In this document: piece by piece, positions 1-11,592 of the stretch
Numbering within the stretch: the stretch's first letter is position 1
Layout: every line of letters begins with the position of its first letter
Source: Fidelibacterota bacterium
GTDB lineage: Bacteria > Fidelibacterota > Marinisomatia > Marinisomatales > JABMOV01
Direction: 5' to 3'
Length of the DNA: 64,000 nucleotides
NCBI GenBank assembly: GCA_013203145.1
Contig: JABMOV010000139.1
Coordinates: 9,898 to 73,897, forward strand
The notes under the pieces: model-generated
What the model saw: only the letters and a program-made list of their open reading frames with translations
Told to the model about the DNA's origin: nothing
The model's database searches: none
Position numbers and translations under genes: made by a program

Positions 1-1378
1 CAGTAAGAACAAACATTGTCCAGACAACCAAATAGATAAAGGGAATAAGCAACTTGACCAAAAGCGAAGCGGGTATTACCATGACAACAATTACGCAAAG
101 AAAGGGAAATATAACGCCAATCAAACTATATGGAATCGGATAAATCTTTCGTGTTTTTAAATAAATAGATAAAGCCATACTGGCATAGGCAATCACACTT
201 GCCCAAGCTGATCCCATTATTCCCCAATAGGGTATCAATACGAGATTAAGAATGATTGCAACCAAGGCACTAACTCCGCGAAACATTGCCACCCATTTTG
301 TATTATCAGTATGATAGATTGCAGGATGTTGCAAAACGTAAATGGCAAAAAACATGTATCCCAAGAGTATTAAAGGCATTATTTGTGTGGAACTCCAAAA
401 TCCTGGCCCAAAAAAGGATATACCAAATAGTGAAGACCGGATGATAGTATCAATCCACAGAATGAGGACAATTGAAACAAATCCCTGTAGCCCAAGAAAA
501 TATTTTGCAACGCGCGCAAAAAGGGGTTTTGCATCTGGATTATCACGTTGTTTTAAGAAATAGGGTGTCCATCCCATATTGAAGCCCATTACCATGAGCA
601 GTCCAAACATACCTAGCTTATATCCTGCAGAGTAGATTCCAACGGTGGCCGTATCTGTAAGCCATTTTAAGAAATATCGATTTGATAATTCCAGAACCAT
701 GGTAAAAATCCCAGCCGGCAGAAATGGCAACGCAAACCAAAAAACCTTTTTAAGAATCTCAGTCGAGATAGTTGAAAATGAAAAGCGCTTAAAGAAAAAT
801 GGAGCTAGGATCAGAACCAAGAAGAAAGAAACAATCAAATTGCTAAACAAAACACCACGAATACCATATTTCAGAGTCAGAACAAAAAAGATATTTAAAA
901 CCAACGTCCCGACAACATTTATCAAATTTAATCCAACAAATGAAAAGGGTTTTTCTTCTGAACGCAAGACGATTGCGGCTAATGTCCATAATGTATCGAA
1001 TAACAGAATTCCTGCAATAAGGATTAAGATGAGTGAATCATGCGTACCCAAAAGAATTGGAGATAAATAATTGCTGAATAAGATTAAAAACCCTGAAAAG
1101 GCAATCCCTGAAAGAATTTGCATGATCAGGATTGTGGTGAAATACGTTGATTTATCATTTTCTGTCTGGGAATAGAATTTCATTAACGCGGTATCTGTGC
1201 CGTACCGATATAACATTAATGCAAAACCAATAAATGCGTACGCCAGAGAAATAACGCCGTATTCTGTTGGAGTAAATATATTCGTATATAGCGGCAGAAG
1301 TAAAAACGTGATAATCCGGGAAATAATATGCCCAAAACCATAAATAAGTGATTGTTTACCAAGCGCACGGATAGACAT
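1..1378 (-). CDS. MOP/Wzx-type polysaccharide flippase, N-terminal ~459 codons (C-terminus runs off the window start)
   Basis: Absent from the ORF track because it has no in-window stop. Manual minus-strand translation from the ATG at 1378-1376 gives MSIRALGKQSLIYGFGHIISRIITFLLLPLYTNIFTPTEYGVISLAYAFIGFALMLYRYGTDTALMKFY..., a multi-TM frame typical of Wzx/PST flippases. The frame was checked stop-free by hand over 1-300 only and read more loosely over the rest. The + strand ORFs 342-563 and 645-1070 are antisense shadows of it. Confidence 0.7.
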   Translation of the reverse strand, partial: MSIRALGKQSLIYGFGHIISRIITFLLLPLYTNIFTPTEYGVISLAYAFIGFALMLYRYGTDTALMKFYSQTENDKSTYFTTILIMQILSGIAFSGFLILFSNYLSPILLGTHDSLILILIAGILLFDTLWTLAAIVLRSEEKPFSFVGLNLINVVGTLVLNIFFVLTLKYGIRGVLFSNLIVSFFLVLILAPFFFKRFSFSTISTEILKKVFWFALPFLPAGIFTMVLELSNRYFLKWLTDTATVGIYSAGYKLGMFGLLMVMGFNMGWTPYFLKQRDNPDAKPLFARVAKYFLGLQGFVSIVLILWIDTIIRSSLFGISFFGPGFWSSTQIMPLILLGYMFFAIYVLQHPAIYHTDNTKWVAMFRGVSALVAIILNLVLIPYWGIMGSAWASVIAYASMALSIYLKTRKIYPIPYSLIGVIFPFLCVIVVMVIPASLLVKLLIPFIYLVVWTMFVLT

Positions 1379-1397
1379 CAATTACCTTTTGATATAT

Positions 1398-2375
1398 TTA
1401 TAACTGAATCTCCAGTGTATCGCGAAACATACCACTTGCACCGAAATTTTCTTTGAACCGACCAAGACCCATATTGGGTTCTTCGTTTACGGTGAAAATT
1501 CCGAAATCAAAGACACGATACTTTTCCTGAATGGCCCAGTCAAAAATAGAATAAAACAAAAAATTCAACGCCCGATATTCCTGATATGATTCATCATGAC
1601 TAATGTAGAACGCTAGAACCACGTTGTCTGTAGCGATAAAATTCACTACACCGGCAACCATGATGTCATCTACAAAAGCTCCAAAAAGATTTATCCGGTC
1701 AGGGAAAAGTTGTTTTAGCTTTTTCAATTCTTCCAACGTGTGTGTTGGTGTAACACCATGTCGAATATTCAAATTTTTCTCAAGGATATGGTAAAAAGCA
1801 TCATAATCCTCAGAAGGATTAACTGTTACCCCCATGCGCTCCGCTTTGCGTACAGCTTGGCGGTGTGAAGGTCTAAAATTTGCTAAGTTTTCTGCTACGG
1901 ATGATTCCAAAAATAGGATGCTTGAAATTTCCCGTTTCACATAATTGAAGCCATGTTTAACAAGTGCAAAATCAACATAATTGGATAGGCGTTTATTATA
2001 TATTGTAGGAGGTAACGTAAGGCGAATCCCAAAGAATCCCTGCTCTTTAGCATGCTGTTTTAATGCTTTGACTAAACCATAGGAATTTGCAAAAGACAAA
2101 TGTTCAGGGACAACAAAGGAGCCGTAGGATGATCCAGGGTGAGAAATAAGCCATTTGTAGCCATCAATTATTTTTTCTGCGGCAGGGAATAATGCCAACG
2201 GTTTATCATTAATGTTAAAGACAAGACTGTGATCTATAAACCGATCCTTGGGATGATAAGAAAGGAACTGGCGGGTATGAAACATGGTTCCGTTATTCAT
2301 GGACCAGACCAGATCATCCCACCCTTCAAATGATTGAGGGGAATAGCGTTGAATTTCGATTGTTGGCGTACTCAC
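1398..2375 (-). CDS. FemAB/BioF2-like GNAT-fold acyltransferase (putative; glycan or peptide-bridge modification)
   Basis: 325-aa ORF immediately downstream of the flippase. Its size and layout resemble FemAB / Acetyltransf_6-type proteins. The assignment rests on general family resemblance only. Confidence 0.4.
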   Translation of the reverse strand: MSTPTIEIQRYSPQSFEGWDDLVWSMNNGTMFHTRQFLSYHPKDRFIDHSLVFNINDKPLALFPAAEKIIDGYKWLISHPGSSYGSFVVPEHLSFANSYGLVKALKQHAKEQGFFGIRLTLPPTIYNKRLSNYVDFALVKHGFNYVKREISSILFLESSVAENLANFRPSHRQAVRKAERMGVTVNPSEDYDAFYHILEKNLNIRHGVTPTHTLEELKKLKQLFPDRINLFGAFVDDIMVAGVVNFIATDNVVLAFYISHDESYQEYRALNFLFYSIFDWAIQEKYRVFDFGIFTVNEEPNMGLGRFKENFGASGMFRDTLEIQL

Positions 2376-2621
2376 TTGGTTTTCATCGTTGATAGTCTAC
2401 GTATTAAAGAAATTAGGGGAACTAAGTTCCATGAACAAAGGGTAGAATGATTAAAGAAGGAATATGTTTTATATCCTTTGTTACCAATAGATCTCGGGTG
2501 CTTAGTTTATAACTTTGCACCGGAAAAGCCATTGTACTCAGAATAAATAATCGCGTATGATATATCTTTAAAATGGTTAGTAAAGAGAATGACAATTACT
2601 TGCGAATTTAAAAATATGGTA

Positions 2622-3338
2622 TTAAACAACACCTGCAAAAATTAATACGTAATAAATTCCTGCGAGAATAAATGTGACCCCCGCTATGTAGCGCATTATT
2701 TTTTCAATTATAGCTATTCTTGAGTAAAAAACTCCAATGCTTCCGGCGGCAAAAGCTAAAAGGTATGTAAATAAAATAACAGGAAGTCCTGTTCCAAAAG
2801 CAAAAACAACGGGTAAGTACAATCCCTTAGCGCTGGAAATTGTTAGTGGGATTAACATGCCAAAATACAAAGCACCACTATACGGACAAAAAGCCAACGC
2901 AAATACCATACCTATAAAGAATGAACTCCAAAGCCCGTTTCCTTCAAATTTATCTGTTAATTTTTGTGTAATACTGGATTTACTAAGGAAGTTTATCCTT
3001 AATACATTGAGCATTATTAATCCAACTATGATTAGTAACGGACCTATATATTTTTCCCCGTTTTGATTAAAAAATCGTGACACTTGAAATTTACTTGCTC
3101 CAAAAAATAAAATTAACCCTATGGTTGAATAACTAAAAGCCCTACCAAACGAATATACAATACCACTCAAAAAAACCAATCTTTTGCTTGAGATGTTTTT
3201 TGAGATAAATGCCGTTGCAGTAATATTTGTTGCAAGAGGACACGGACTAATAGACGTCATTAATCCGAGTACCAATGCAGAAAGAATTGGGATATTATTG
3301 TTTTCGAGTAATGAGCGTAAAAACTCCACCATAATCAC
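2622..3338 (-). CDS. CcdA/DsbD-type transmembrane thiol-disulfide electron transporter (ArsG-like family name in RefSeq, from memory)
   Basis: 238 aa, about 6 TM segments, SPCPL motif in TM1 (MTSISPCPLATN) as in CcdA/DsbD_2. It overlaps the upstream CxxC lipoprotein gene by 4 nt. Confidence 0.6.
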   Translation of the reverse strand: MIMVEFLRSLLENNNIPILSALVLGLMTSISPCPLATNITATAFISKNISSKRLVFLSGIVYSFGRAFSYSTIGLILFFGASKFQVSRFFNQNGEKYIGPLLIIVGLIMLNVLRINFLSKSSITQKLTDKFEGNGLWSSFFIGMVFALAFCPYSGALYFGMLIPLTISSAKGLYLPVVFAFGTGLPVILFTYLLAFAAGSIGVFYSRIAIIEKIMRYIAGVTFILAGIYYVLIFAGVV

Positions 3339-3784
3339 ATATTAGACAAATATTCTTTTAGCATTTCCATCAATTTTTCAGAAAACACCTCTTGGTCTTT
3401 AGCATAAAAAAAAGCGAAATCTGTTAGATTGGTTTGTGTTTCTTTTCCGTCGATAACAACATTAAGGAAAAGAGATGTTCCTGATGCCTCATATTTCTCG
3501 GCTATTTTATAATTTTCTTCTTCATCCACATTGATGGTTCGAAAGGAGATTGTTCCACTTTTCATTTCTTCCGGGAAATAGTTGTTGAGAGTATATATTG
3601 TGCTTGATTCAATTGCATTACACGTCATGCAACGGCGTGTTGAATGAAAATCAATGACTTCTATTTTGTTTGATAATCGTATGTCTACCGGCGGATTGTT
3701 TTGTGTTTTTTTATCACAGGAAATTAGTAGCAGGATCGCCACTATTTGCGAAAGGATTTTAATATGTTTCATTTGTTGTCCCAA
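3335..3784 (-). CDS. Thioredoxin-like CxxC lipoprotein (ArsF-like family name, from memory)
   Basis: 149 aa with a lipoprotein signal (LLLISC) and a CMTC redox motif. It is translationally coupled to the CcdA-like gene. Confidence 0.4.
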   Translation of the reverse strand: MGQQMKHIKILSQIVAILLLISCDKKTQNNPPVDIRLSNKIEVIDFHSTRRCMTCNAIESSTIYTLNNYFPEEMKSGTISFRTINVDEEENYKIAEKYEASGTSLFLNVVIDGKETQTNLTDFAFFYAKDQEVFSEKLMEMLKEYLSNM

Positions 3785-3788
3785 ATTG

Positions 3789-4766
3789 TTAAAAAATCAT
3801 GTTAAATACATATCCTGAAATAATGATACAAAGTGTGACCACTCCCAAAAAAACGGCAATTAGTTTCAAGGTCATTACTTTTTTAAGAAGCATTACCTCA
3901 GGTAAAGAAAGTCCGACAACTGCCATCATAAAAGCAATAGCTGTCCCGAGAGGAATGCCTTTAGAAACCAAGACTTGAACTACAGGTAGTATTCCCGAAG
4001 CATTAGAATACATTGGTACAGCCATGATCGTTGCTAACGGCACGGCAAACAGATTGTTTTTGCTCATATAATTCCCAAAAAATTTTTCAGGGATATATCC
4101 ATGCATCAGACCACCAACAGCAATACCAATTATTACATAAGGGGTAACACCTTTAAGAATTTCAGTAACATCCTTCCATATCACTGGCAACCGATTTCTG
4201 AAAGGTTGTTTCTCTTCTTGATTGGCATTTTGCTCTTTTTCGGCATTTACCAATACTTCTTTTACCCAGAGAGTAAGGAAACGTTCTAACTTTAGTTTTT
4301 GTAAAATTATACCAGAAACTGTACCTAGCAATACACCGCTTACAACGTAAAGAATCGTGACTTTAACGCCAAAAAGACCGATAAACAAACCAATAGCCAC
4401 TTCATTTACTAAAGGCGAAGTCACTAAAAAAGCAAAGGTCACTCCAAGCGGTATTCCTCCGCGAACAAAACCTATAAATAAGGGAACAGATGAGCACGAA
4501 CAAAAAGGCGTGACAACCCCAAATAGACTAGCAAAAAGATATTCCAGTCCGTAGAACTTGTTGCGGGATAGAAAATTTCTTACACGGTCAATTGGAAAGT
4601 AGCTATTAACTATTCCCATTAGGAAAATGATGACAAATAGTAAGAGAAGGATTTTTATGGTATCATAAATGAAAAAGCTCAATGCTTCTGTTAATGGATT
4701 TCCGTCCTTCAATCCGAAAAGATCGAATACTAACCAATCTGCTATTTGCTGTGTCCAGTCAAACAT
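3789..4766 (-). CDS. ArsP/DUF318-family permease
   Basis: 325 aa, multi-TM, with the vicinal cysteine motif TPFCSCSSVPLF characteristic of the PF03773 permease family. It sits in an ArsR operon. Confidence 0.65.
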   Translation of the reverse strand: MFDWTQQIADWLVFDLFGLKDGNPLTEALSFFIYDTIKILLLLFVIIFLMGIVNSYFPIDRVRNFLSRNKFYGLEYLFASLFGVVTPFCSCSSVPLFIGFVRGGIPLGVTFAFLVTSPLVNEVAIGLFIGLFGVKVTILYVVSGVLLGTVSGIILQKLKLERFLTLWVKEVLVNAEKEQNANQEEKQPFRNRLPVIWKDVTEILKGVTPYVIIGIAVGGLMHGYIPEKFFGNYMSKNNLFAVPLATIMAVPMYSNASGILPVVQVLVSKGIPLGTAIAFMMAVVGLSLPEVMLLKKVMTLKLIAVFLGVVTLCIIISGYVFNMIF

Positions 4767-4770
4767 ATAT

Positions 4771-5010
4771 TTAATTATTCAATAATTCCAGGACTTCTGA
4801 TTTTGAAGGGATTCTTCCTTTTATTGTAATTTCCTCGTTGACAACTAAAACGGGAGTGGAGAGCACATTATATTTCATGATCTCAATGATGTCGTCTACT
4901 TTTTCGATGCTTGCATCAATATTGTTTTCTTTCACAACGTCCTCAACGACAGTCATCATTTGGTTGCACTTTGAGCACCCAGTTCCTAAAACTTTAATAA
5001 TATTTCTCAC
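4771..5010 (-). CDS. Small thioredoxin-fold protein (redox-active disulfide protein 2 type)
   Basis: 79 aa with N-terminal GTGCSKC (CxxC), the usual partner of ArsP-type permeases. Confidence 0.7.
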   Translation of the reverse strand: MRNIIKVLGTGCSKCNQMMTVVEDVVKENNIDASIEKVDDIIEIMKYNVLSTPVLVVNEEITIKGRIPSKSEVLELLNN

Positions 5011-5060
5011 AATAGGTTCTTTCTGTTAATCGCCAATAAGCGATTGATCATTAATATTTT

Positions 5061-5384
5061 TTAAGCTATTTCAGACGCACTATTAAAAAAGGCAGAAAAT
5101 AAGCTTTTGGCCTTTCCCCAATTTTCTTGGTTGATACAGTATTTAATTTTTGGGGGATTAAGTTCGCCTTGAATTAAACCTGCATTTTTTAATTCTTTTA
5201 AATGTTGAGAAACGGTGGACTGAGCCAACGGAAACACTTCGACTAAATCTCCGGTAAAGCAACAGGATTGATTTTCCAAATGCCTCATAATGGCAATTCG
5301 TGTCGGATGCCCCATCGCTTTTGCAAAACGCGCCAACTCTTCAGTTCCCTCATTGTATTCTATATCGTGTAATGTTCTTTTCAT
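5061..5384 (-). CDS. ArsR/SmtB-family metalloregulator
   Basis: 107 aa with the wHTH HPTRIAIMRHL...STVSQHLKELKNAGLI and a Cys pair (SCCFTGDL) at the metalloid-site position. Confidence 0.85.
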   Translation of the reverse strand: MKRTLHDIEYNEGTEELARFAKAMGHPTRIAIMRHLENQSCCFTGDLVEVFPLAQSTVSQHLKELKNAGLIQGELNPPKIKYCINQENWGKAKSLFSAFFNSASEIA

Positions 5385-5429
5385 CCCTTAACGCAAATAT
5401 ACGATAAGCTTTCTATTTGGTGAAATCCC

Positions 5430-5711
5430 TTATTTCATACTCATTGAGCGGTAAAATTCTTTCAGATCTAATTTTCTCTCATTGGATAAGTGATGCCATC
5501 GAATTCCCTGTATTGCTCCTTCCAGAGCATACAACATATTGATACAGGCTCCACTATCCTTGCTTGCGGCAATTTTCAAGATTGTTTTTTCGCTTCCGGT
5601 TTCTTTTAATTCTTGTGCGTTTGTAATTCCGACTTTAATTAATTTTTCGACAAGTGTTTTACCAATATTGGGTAATACGCTAAGATTCTTTATATTTTTA
5701 CTTGTTGCCAT
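5430..5711 (-). CDS. TfoX C-terminal domain protein
   Basis: 93 aa with LPNIGKTLVEKLIKVGI (HhH-like) and the overall pattern of TfoX_C. Confidence 0.55.
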   Translation of the reverse strand: MATSKNIKNLSVLPNIGKTLVEKLIKVGITNAQELKETGSEKTILKIAASKDSGACINMLYALEGAIQGIRWHHLSNERKLDLKEFYRSMSMK

Positions 5712-5722
5712 TATAATATTTA

Positions 5723-6745
5723 TTATCGATTATTTTGATAATATTCATCGACCTTTTCGATAAATCCTTTTTTTGTTTTTTCATCGAGAAAACTGGCTTC
5801 GAAGGAATTTTTAGCCAATTCATAAATATCATCTTTAGAAAGATCAAGAGCTTGGGAGACCGCATTATAATTTTCGTTTATATAACCGTCAAAATAGGCG
5901 GGATCATCGGAGTTTATAGTTACTAAAAGTCCTTTGTTGAGCATGATTTTTAACGGATGATCTTTTAAATCCTTTACTACTTTCAATTTAAGGTTGGATA
6001 AGGGACAGACGGTTAACGGCATATTTCGATTCACAAGTTCTTGGACTAATTTGTCATCGTCGAGTGAACGATTGCCGTGATCGACTCGCGATACTTTCAA
6101 CAAATTTAGGGCTTCCCAAACATATTCAGCAGGACCTTCTTCACCTGCATGTGCTACCGTTAAGAATCCTTCTTTTTTGGCTTGCTCAAATACTCGTTGA
6201 AATTTAGATGGAGGATGTCCCACTTCGGAGGAATCAAGTCCAACAGCCGATATTAAATCTTTATATTTTAATGCGACTTTAAGTGTGTCCATTGCTGCAT
6301 CTTCATCAAGGTGTCGAAGAAAACACATAATGATTCGTGAGCTTATACCGAGTTTGTTTTGGGCATCTTTCAATGCCCGGTCAATACCATTAATTACTGT
6401 ACTAAACGCGATACCGCGATCTGTATGTGTTTGGGGATCAAAGAAAATTTCCGCATGAATAACATTTTGCGAATGAACTTTTTCTAAATATGCCCATGTC
6501 ATATCGTAGAAGTCTTGTTCCTCAATGAGCACACTAGCCCCGGCATAATAGATGTCCAAAAATTCCTGTAGATTATCAAAATTATAGGCCTTTTTTAGCT
6601 CTTCTACAGATTCATATTTGATTTTAATATTGTTGCGTCGGGCGATTTCAAACATTAGTTCAGGTTCAAACGTACCTTCAATGTGTAAATGCAATTCTGC
6701 CTTTGGGATACCGTGAATGAAGTCGCGAATGGATGTTGTACTCAT
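5723..6745 (-). CDS. add: Adenosine/adenine deaminase
   Basis: 340 aa with N-terminal metal motif PKAELHLHIEGT, HAGE and SDDPAYF, diagnostic of the adenosine deaminase superfamily. Confidence 0.9.
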   Translation of the reverse strand: MSTTSIRDFIHGIPKAELHLHIEGTFEPELMFEIARRNNIKIKYESVEELKKAYNFDNLQEFLDIYYAGASVLIEEQDFYDMTWAYLEKVHSQNVIHAEIFFDPQTHTDRGIAFSTVINGIDRALKDAQNKLGISSRIIMCFLRHLDEDAAMDTLKVALKYKDLISAVGLDSSEVGHPPSKFQRVFEQAKKEGFLTVAHAGEEGPAEYVWEALNLLKVSRVDHGNRSLDDDKLVQELVNRNMPLTVCPLSNLKLKVVKDLKDHPLKIMLNKGLLVTINSDDPAYFDGYINENYNAVSQALDLSKDDIYELAKNSFEASFLDEKTKKGFIEKVDEYYQNNR

Positions 6746-6854
6746 AAGATACTCATAGTTTATTACACGAAAATTACTAACATATTCTGTTTAGGGAATA
6801 GCACGTTTTTATCAAGGATTATCCAGAATCTAGTGCGCCCAGTAGGGCTTTATC

Positions 6855-7517
6855 CTACTTTAAAAAGTTTATATCGACGGATTCCAGATGGGGTTTTTCA
6901 TAACCGCTAAGAGCGACATGGATCATTGCTTGTCCAACTTTTGTTGTGTCAGTGACGAATTTTGGGAAATGCTTTAAAATTGGATAAAGAGGCTTTAGCA
7001 AAGCATAGAAGATTTGATATACTTTTGTTTTAGTTTTTATTCCTCGCAACGGTTGTATATATCCAGGTCTAAACATAAACGCAGCTTTAAAAGGCAACTT
7101 TAGCAGATCATTTTCTGTTTTGCCTTTTACACGTGCCCACATCATTCGGCTATTTTCCTGAGAATCTGTTCCGGTTCCGGATACATAACAAAACGTCAGG
7201 CCTGGGTTATGTTTTAGAATCGTTTCAGCAAAATGCAAGGTGAGGTCGTAGGTAATGTGCTGGTATTTTTCTTCTGACATACCCGCCGCAGATGTACCCA
7301 AACAGAAAAAACAGGCATTGTATCCAGATAATTCTTTCTCAATACTGGAAAGGTCAAAAAAATCATCGACAAGGAGTTCCTTCAATTTTGGATGCTTAAT
7401 GTTAATCGGCCGTCTGTTGATGACTAGAACATCACTTACATCTGAACTATCCAGACATTCTAACAATGCTCCTTGTCCAACCATTCCGCTTGAGCCTGTA
7501 ATAATTGCTTTTATCAT
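6855..7517 (-). CDS. NAD(P)H-binding short atypical SDR/epimerase-like protein
   Basis: 220 aa with the Rossmann motif ITGSSGMVGQ at the N-terminus. Confidence 0.7.
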   Translation of the reverse strand: MIKAIITGSSGMVGQGALLECLDSSDVSDVLVINRRPINIKHPKLKELLVDDFFDLSSIEKELSGYNACFFCLGTSAAGMSEEKYQHITYDLTLHFAETILKHNPGLTFCYVSGTGTDSQENSRMMWARVKGKTENDLLKLPFKAAFMFRPGYIQPLRGIKTKTKVYQIFYALLKPLYPILKHFPKFVTDTTKVGQAMIHVALSGYEKPHLESVDINFLK

Positions 7518-7873
7518 GCGGGTATTTTACAGGATTATTTGGTTTTATCCCCAACAAGATGTAAAAGGCATATAAATATATTGTGAATGAGATTTTATCG
7601 CGTTTCAAAATTGGAAAGTGGTTCACCATTCCCTCGTATCTAGTTTTTTAAAGCATCATAGAGCTCTTCAATTATGTTCTTCACCTCTTTGGTTTAAATT
7701 AATAGCCAGTTAACAATTAATTGTTATTATACGATATATGCGATATTGATACAACAGGATCCACAAATAAACAATAATGATAGGGTTTTCGATGACCTGA
7801 AGGAATTAATAAAAGGTTTCTCAAATTCAGGCAAAATAGAAACGGATAGAAGAAAATCCATATTTATTTGTAA

Positions 7874-9277
7874 GTGGTTGTAATTTGTAAAAAAGAAATT
7901 ATGAAAAATCTAATAAACTACTGTGCCATTTTGATGATGGGGTCAATGCTTTATCCTTGTACCACTGTTTTAGTTGGAAGAGCCCTCACCGTGGATGGAT
8001 CAATTATACATGCACACAACGAAGATATGGGCAATCGAACTGTGGGACGATTATGGAAGGTTCAATCTGATTTATCAACTGAACCAGATTCAATATGGGT
8101 TCCCTACGTCACAATCCCCGAACTTGGTGAAAAGTTGGGTTATTGGGCATCAGGGAATACCAGCCAAGTTCAGAAAGACGAATTGAATAACGCAACACTT
8201 CCATACGACAATATTCTGGTTGGAATGAATGAAGCGGGTTTAACGATGAGCTGCAACTGGATGTATTCAAAGGATGAAGTTCTTGAAGAAAAAGGTGTTC
8301 GTCGCTATGCCATTCGGCAGTTGATACTGGAGCGCTGCTCTTCAGCAAGCGAAGCTGTCACAATGATTGGAAATTTGATCGATACTTATGGACAAGCAGA
8401 CTGGGGTGGATTAACATATGTATTGGCGGATAAAAATGAAGGATGGATTGTCGAAACAACCACCCATTGTTGGGTAGCAAAAAAGTTAAAGGATTATGAA
8501 ATTATTGCCATCGCAAACCGCTATACAATAGAGGAAGACTTTGATCTTTCCAGTAAAAACCTTATTCAATATGCTACTGATAAGAAGTGGTATGATCCCG
8601 CCGATGGAAACTTCAATTTTAAAAATGTCTATGGCGACCAAGAGTATATGAATGAAAAATACGATAAAGATCGGGAGGAAAGAGTTTATCAATTGTTAAA
8701 TGAGAAAAAAGGCAACATTCGTCCGGTAGACCTGATGACCGTTTTAAGAGATCGTTATAACAATACCGATGAATATACATCTCCTACAACGTTTGAACCC
8801 GATAGGCTAACATGTCGGGAACGGGACGCGAAGCGACCGATCTGCACGAATTTATGCCAGTCATCTTTTGTGGCCCATTTAAGACAGAACCTTCCCGTTG
8901 AATATGGTTCTGTATTCTGGTATACCATGGCGACGCCGGCGTATGGACCTTATTTCCCCATCTATCCCTTTGGATCGGAGATTGATAAACCATTTAGTCT
9001 TGACAATCCAGATGAAACGGAATCTAGCGCATGGTGGACATATCGCCATCTCCAGCAAATTATTGATATCTCTGATGAAGAAACGATTGATCGCACTCGC
9101 AAGGAAGCCGGAGAAATAACGGAAGCAATTAAAGAAAAACAATCCGATCGGGAAAAAAAGCTTCAAGATTACATCAATTCAGGAAAAATTCTCCAAGCAA
9201 GAGAAATTGCGAACAAACAATCAACGCAATCAGCACAAAAATCGCTTCAATATGCTAAGACAGTTGTAAAAAGATAA
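7874..9277 (+). CDS. C69-family dipeptidase (secreted)
   Basis: A signal peptide is followed by the Cys nucleophile context YPCTTVLVG. Length and later motifs fit peptidase C69. The true start is probably the ATG at 7901 (MKNLINY). Confidence 0.7.
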   Translation: MVVICKKEIMKNLINYCAILMMGSMLYPCTTVLVGRALTVDGSIIHAHNEDMGNRTVGRLWKVQSDLSTEPDSIWVPYVTIPELGEKLGYWASGNTSQVQKDELNNATLPYDNILVGMNEAGLTMSCNWMYSKDEVLEEKGVRRYAIRQLILERCSSASEAVTMIGNLIDTYGQADWGGLTYVLADKNEGWIVETTTHCWVAKKLKDYEIIAIANRYTIEEDFDLSSKNLIQYATDKKWYDPADGNFNFKNVYGDQEYMNEKYDKDREERVYQLLNEKKGNIRPVDLMTVLRDRYNNTDEYTSPTTFEPDRLTCRERDAKRPICTNLCQSSFVAHLRQNLPVEYGSVFWYTMATPAYGPYFPIYPFGSEIDKPFSLDNPDETESSAWWTYRHLQQIIDISDEETIDRTRKEAGEITEAIKEKQSDREKKLQDYINSGKILQAREIANKQSTQSAQKSLQYAKTVVKR

Positions 9278-9365
9278 CATTTGTAATATTCAGAGCCGTC
9301 AGACAAAGCGTTCACAACATAACCTGAATACTAATTTCACCTATATAAATCCCTTTTTAACTTGA

Positions 9366-11016
<1,651 letters not shown>

Positions 11017-11020
<4 letters not shown>

Positions 11021-11592
11021 AATCCAAGCTGGTAAAAGACTTCTTCGCCTAATCCTAGTTTTGATTTACAACTGAGTTCTACGTTTGCAGGTGGGCGCTT
11101 AAAATCAAAATATAATTCTGCTGTAACAGATTGTTTTGGCTTTATTATGGCTAAATCCTGGTATTTTCCCTTAAAAGGATTTAATTCCCCACGATTTTCA
11201 CTCTTACCCCCAATTTTCATCATCATCATGGCAGAAAAATCAAAGGTTTTTGACCGCTGATTGGTGATTTTCACTTTAACGGCAATTTGCTTTCCGCCTA
11301 TCTTTGCTGAAAGTACTTTATACTTAATGTCATCAGCAATTTGATCAGTTCCTATCGGTAGCGCAACCCGTGCATCTGTAAAAGCATTTATGGGGATATA
11401 TACATCTATCGTTGTTTTTATATACTTTTTTGATTTATCTAATTTGACTTTGGTAACGGGCATACCTACATCAAGATTTCCAACGGAATTCTCTTCCCCG
11501 GGTTTTAAAAAAATAGGCGTTGATTCTTTTAGCGTTGTTTCTTGGGAAAATAATAATCCAGCTAATACAATCACGAAAAATGGAATTCGCAT
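11017..11592 (-). CDS. Secreted beta-rich hypothetical protein
   Basis: 191 aa with a signal peptide. Its start overlaps the motB-like stop by 1 nt. Confidence 0.4.

Noticed and set aside
342-1070. Plus-strand ORFs of 73 and 141 aa in the track
   Set aside because: They lie entirely antisense to an uninterrupted minus-strand flippase frame (1-1378). They are Lys/Arg/Asn-rich, as expected from reading an AT-rich membrane-protein gene backwards.
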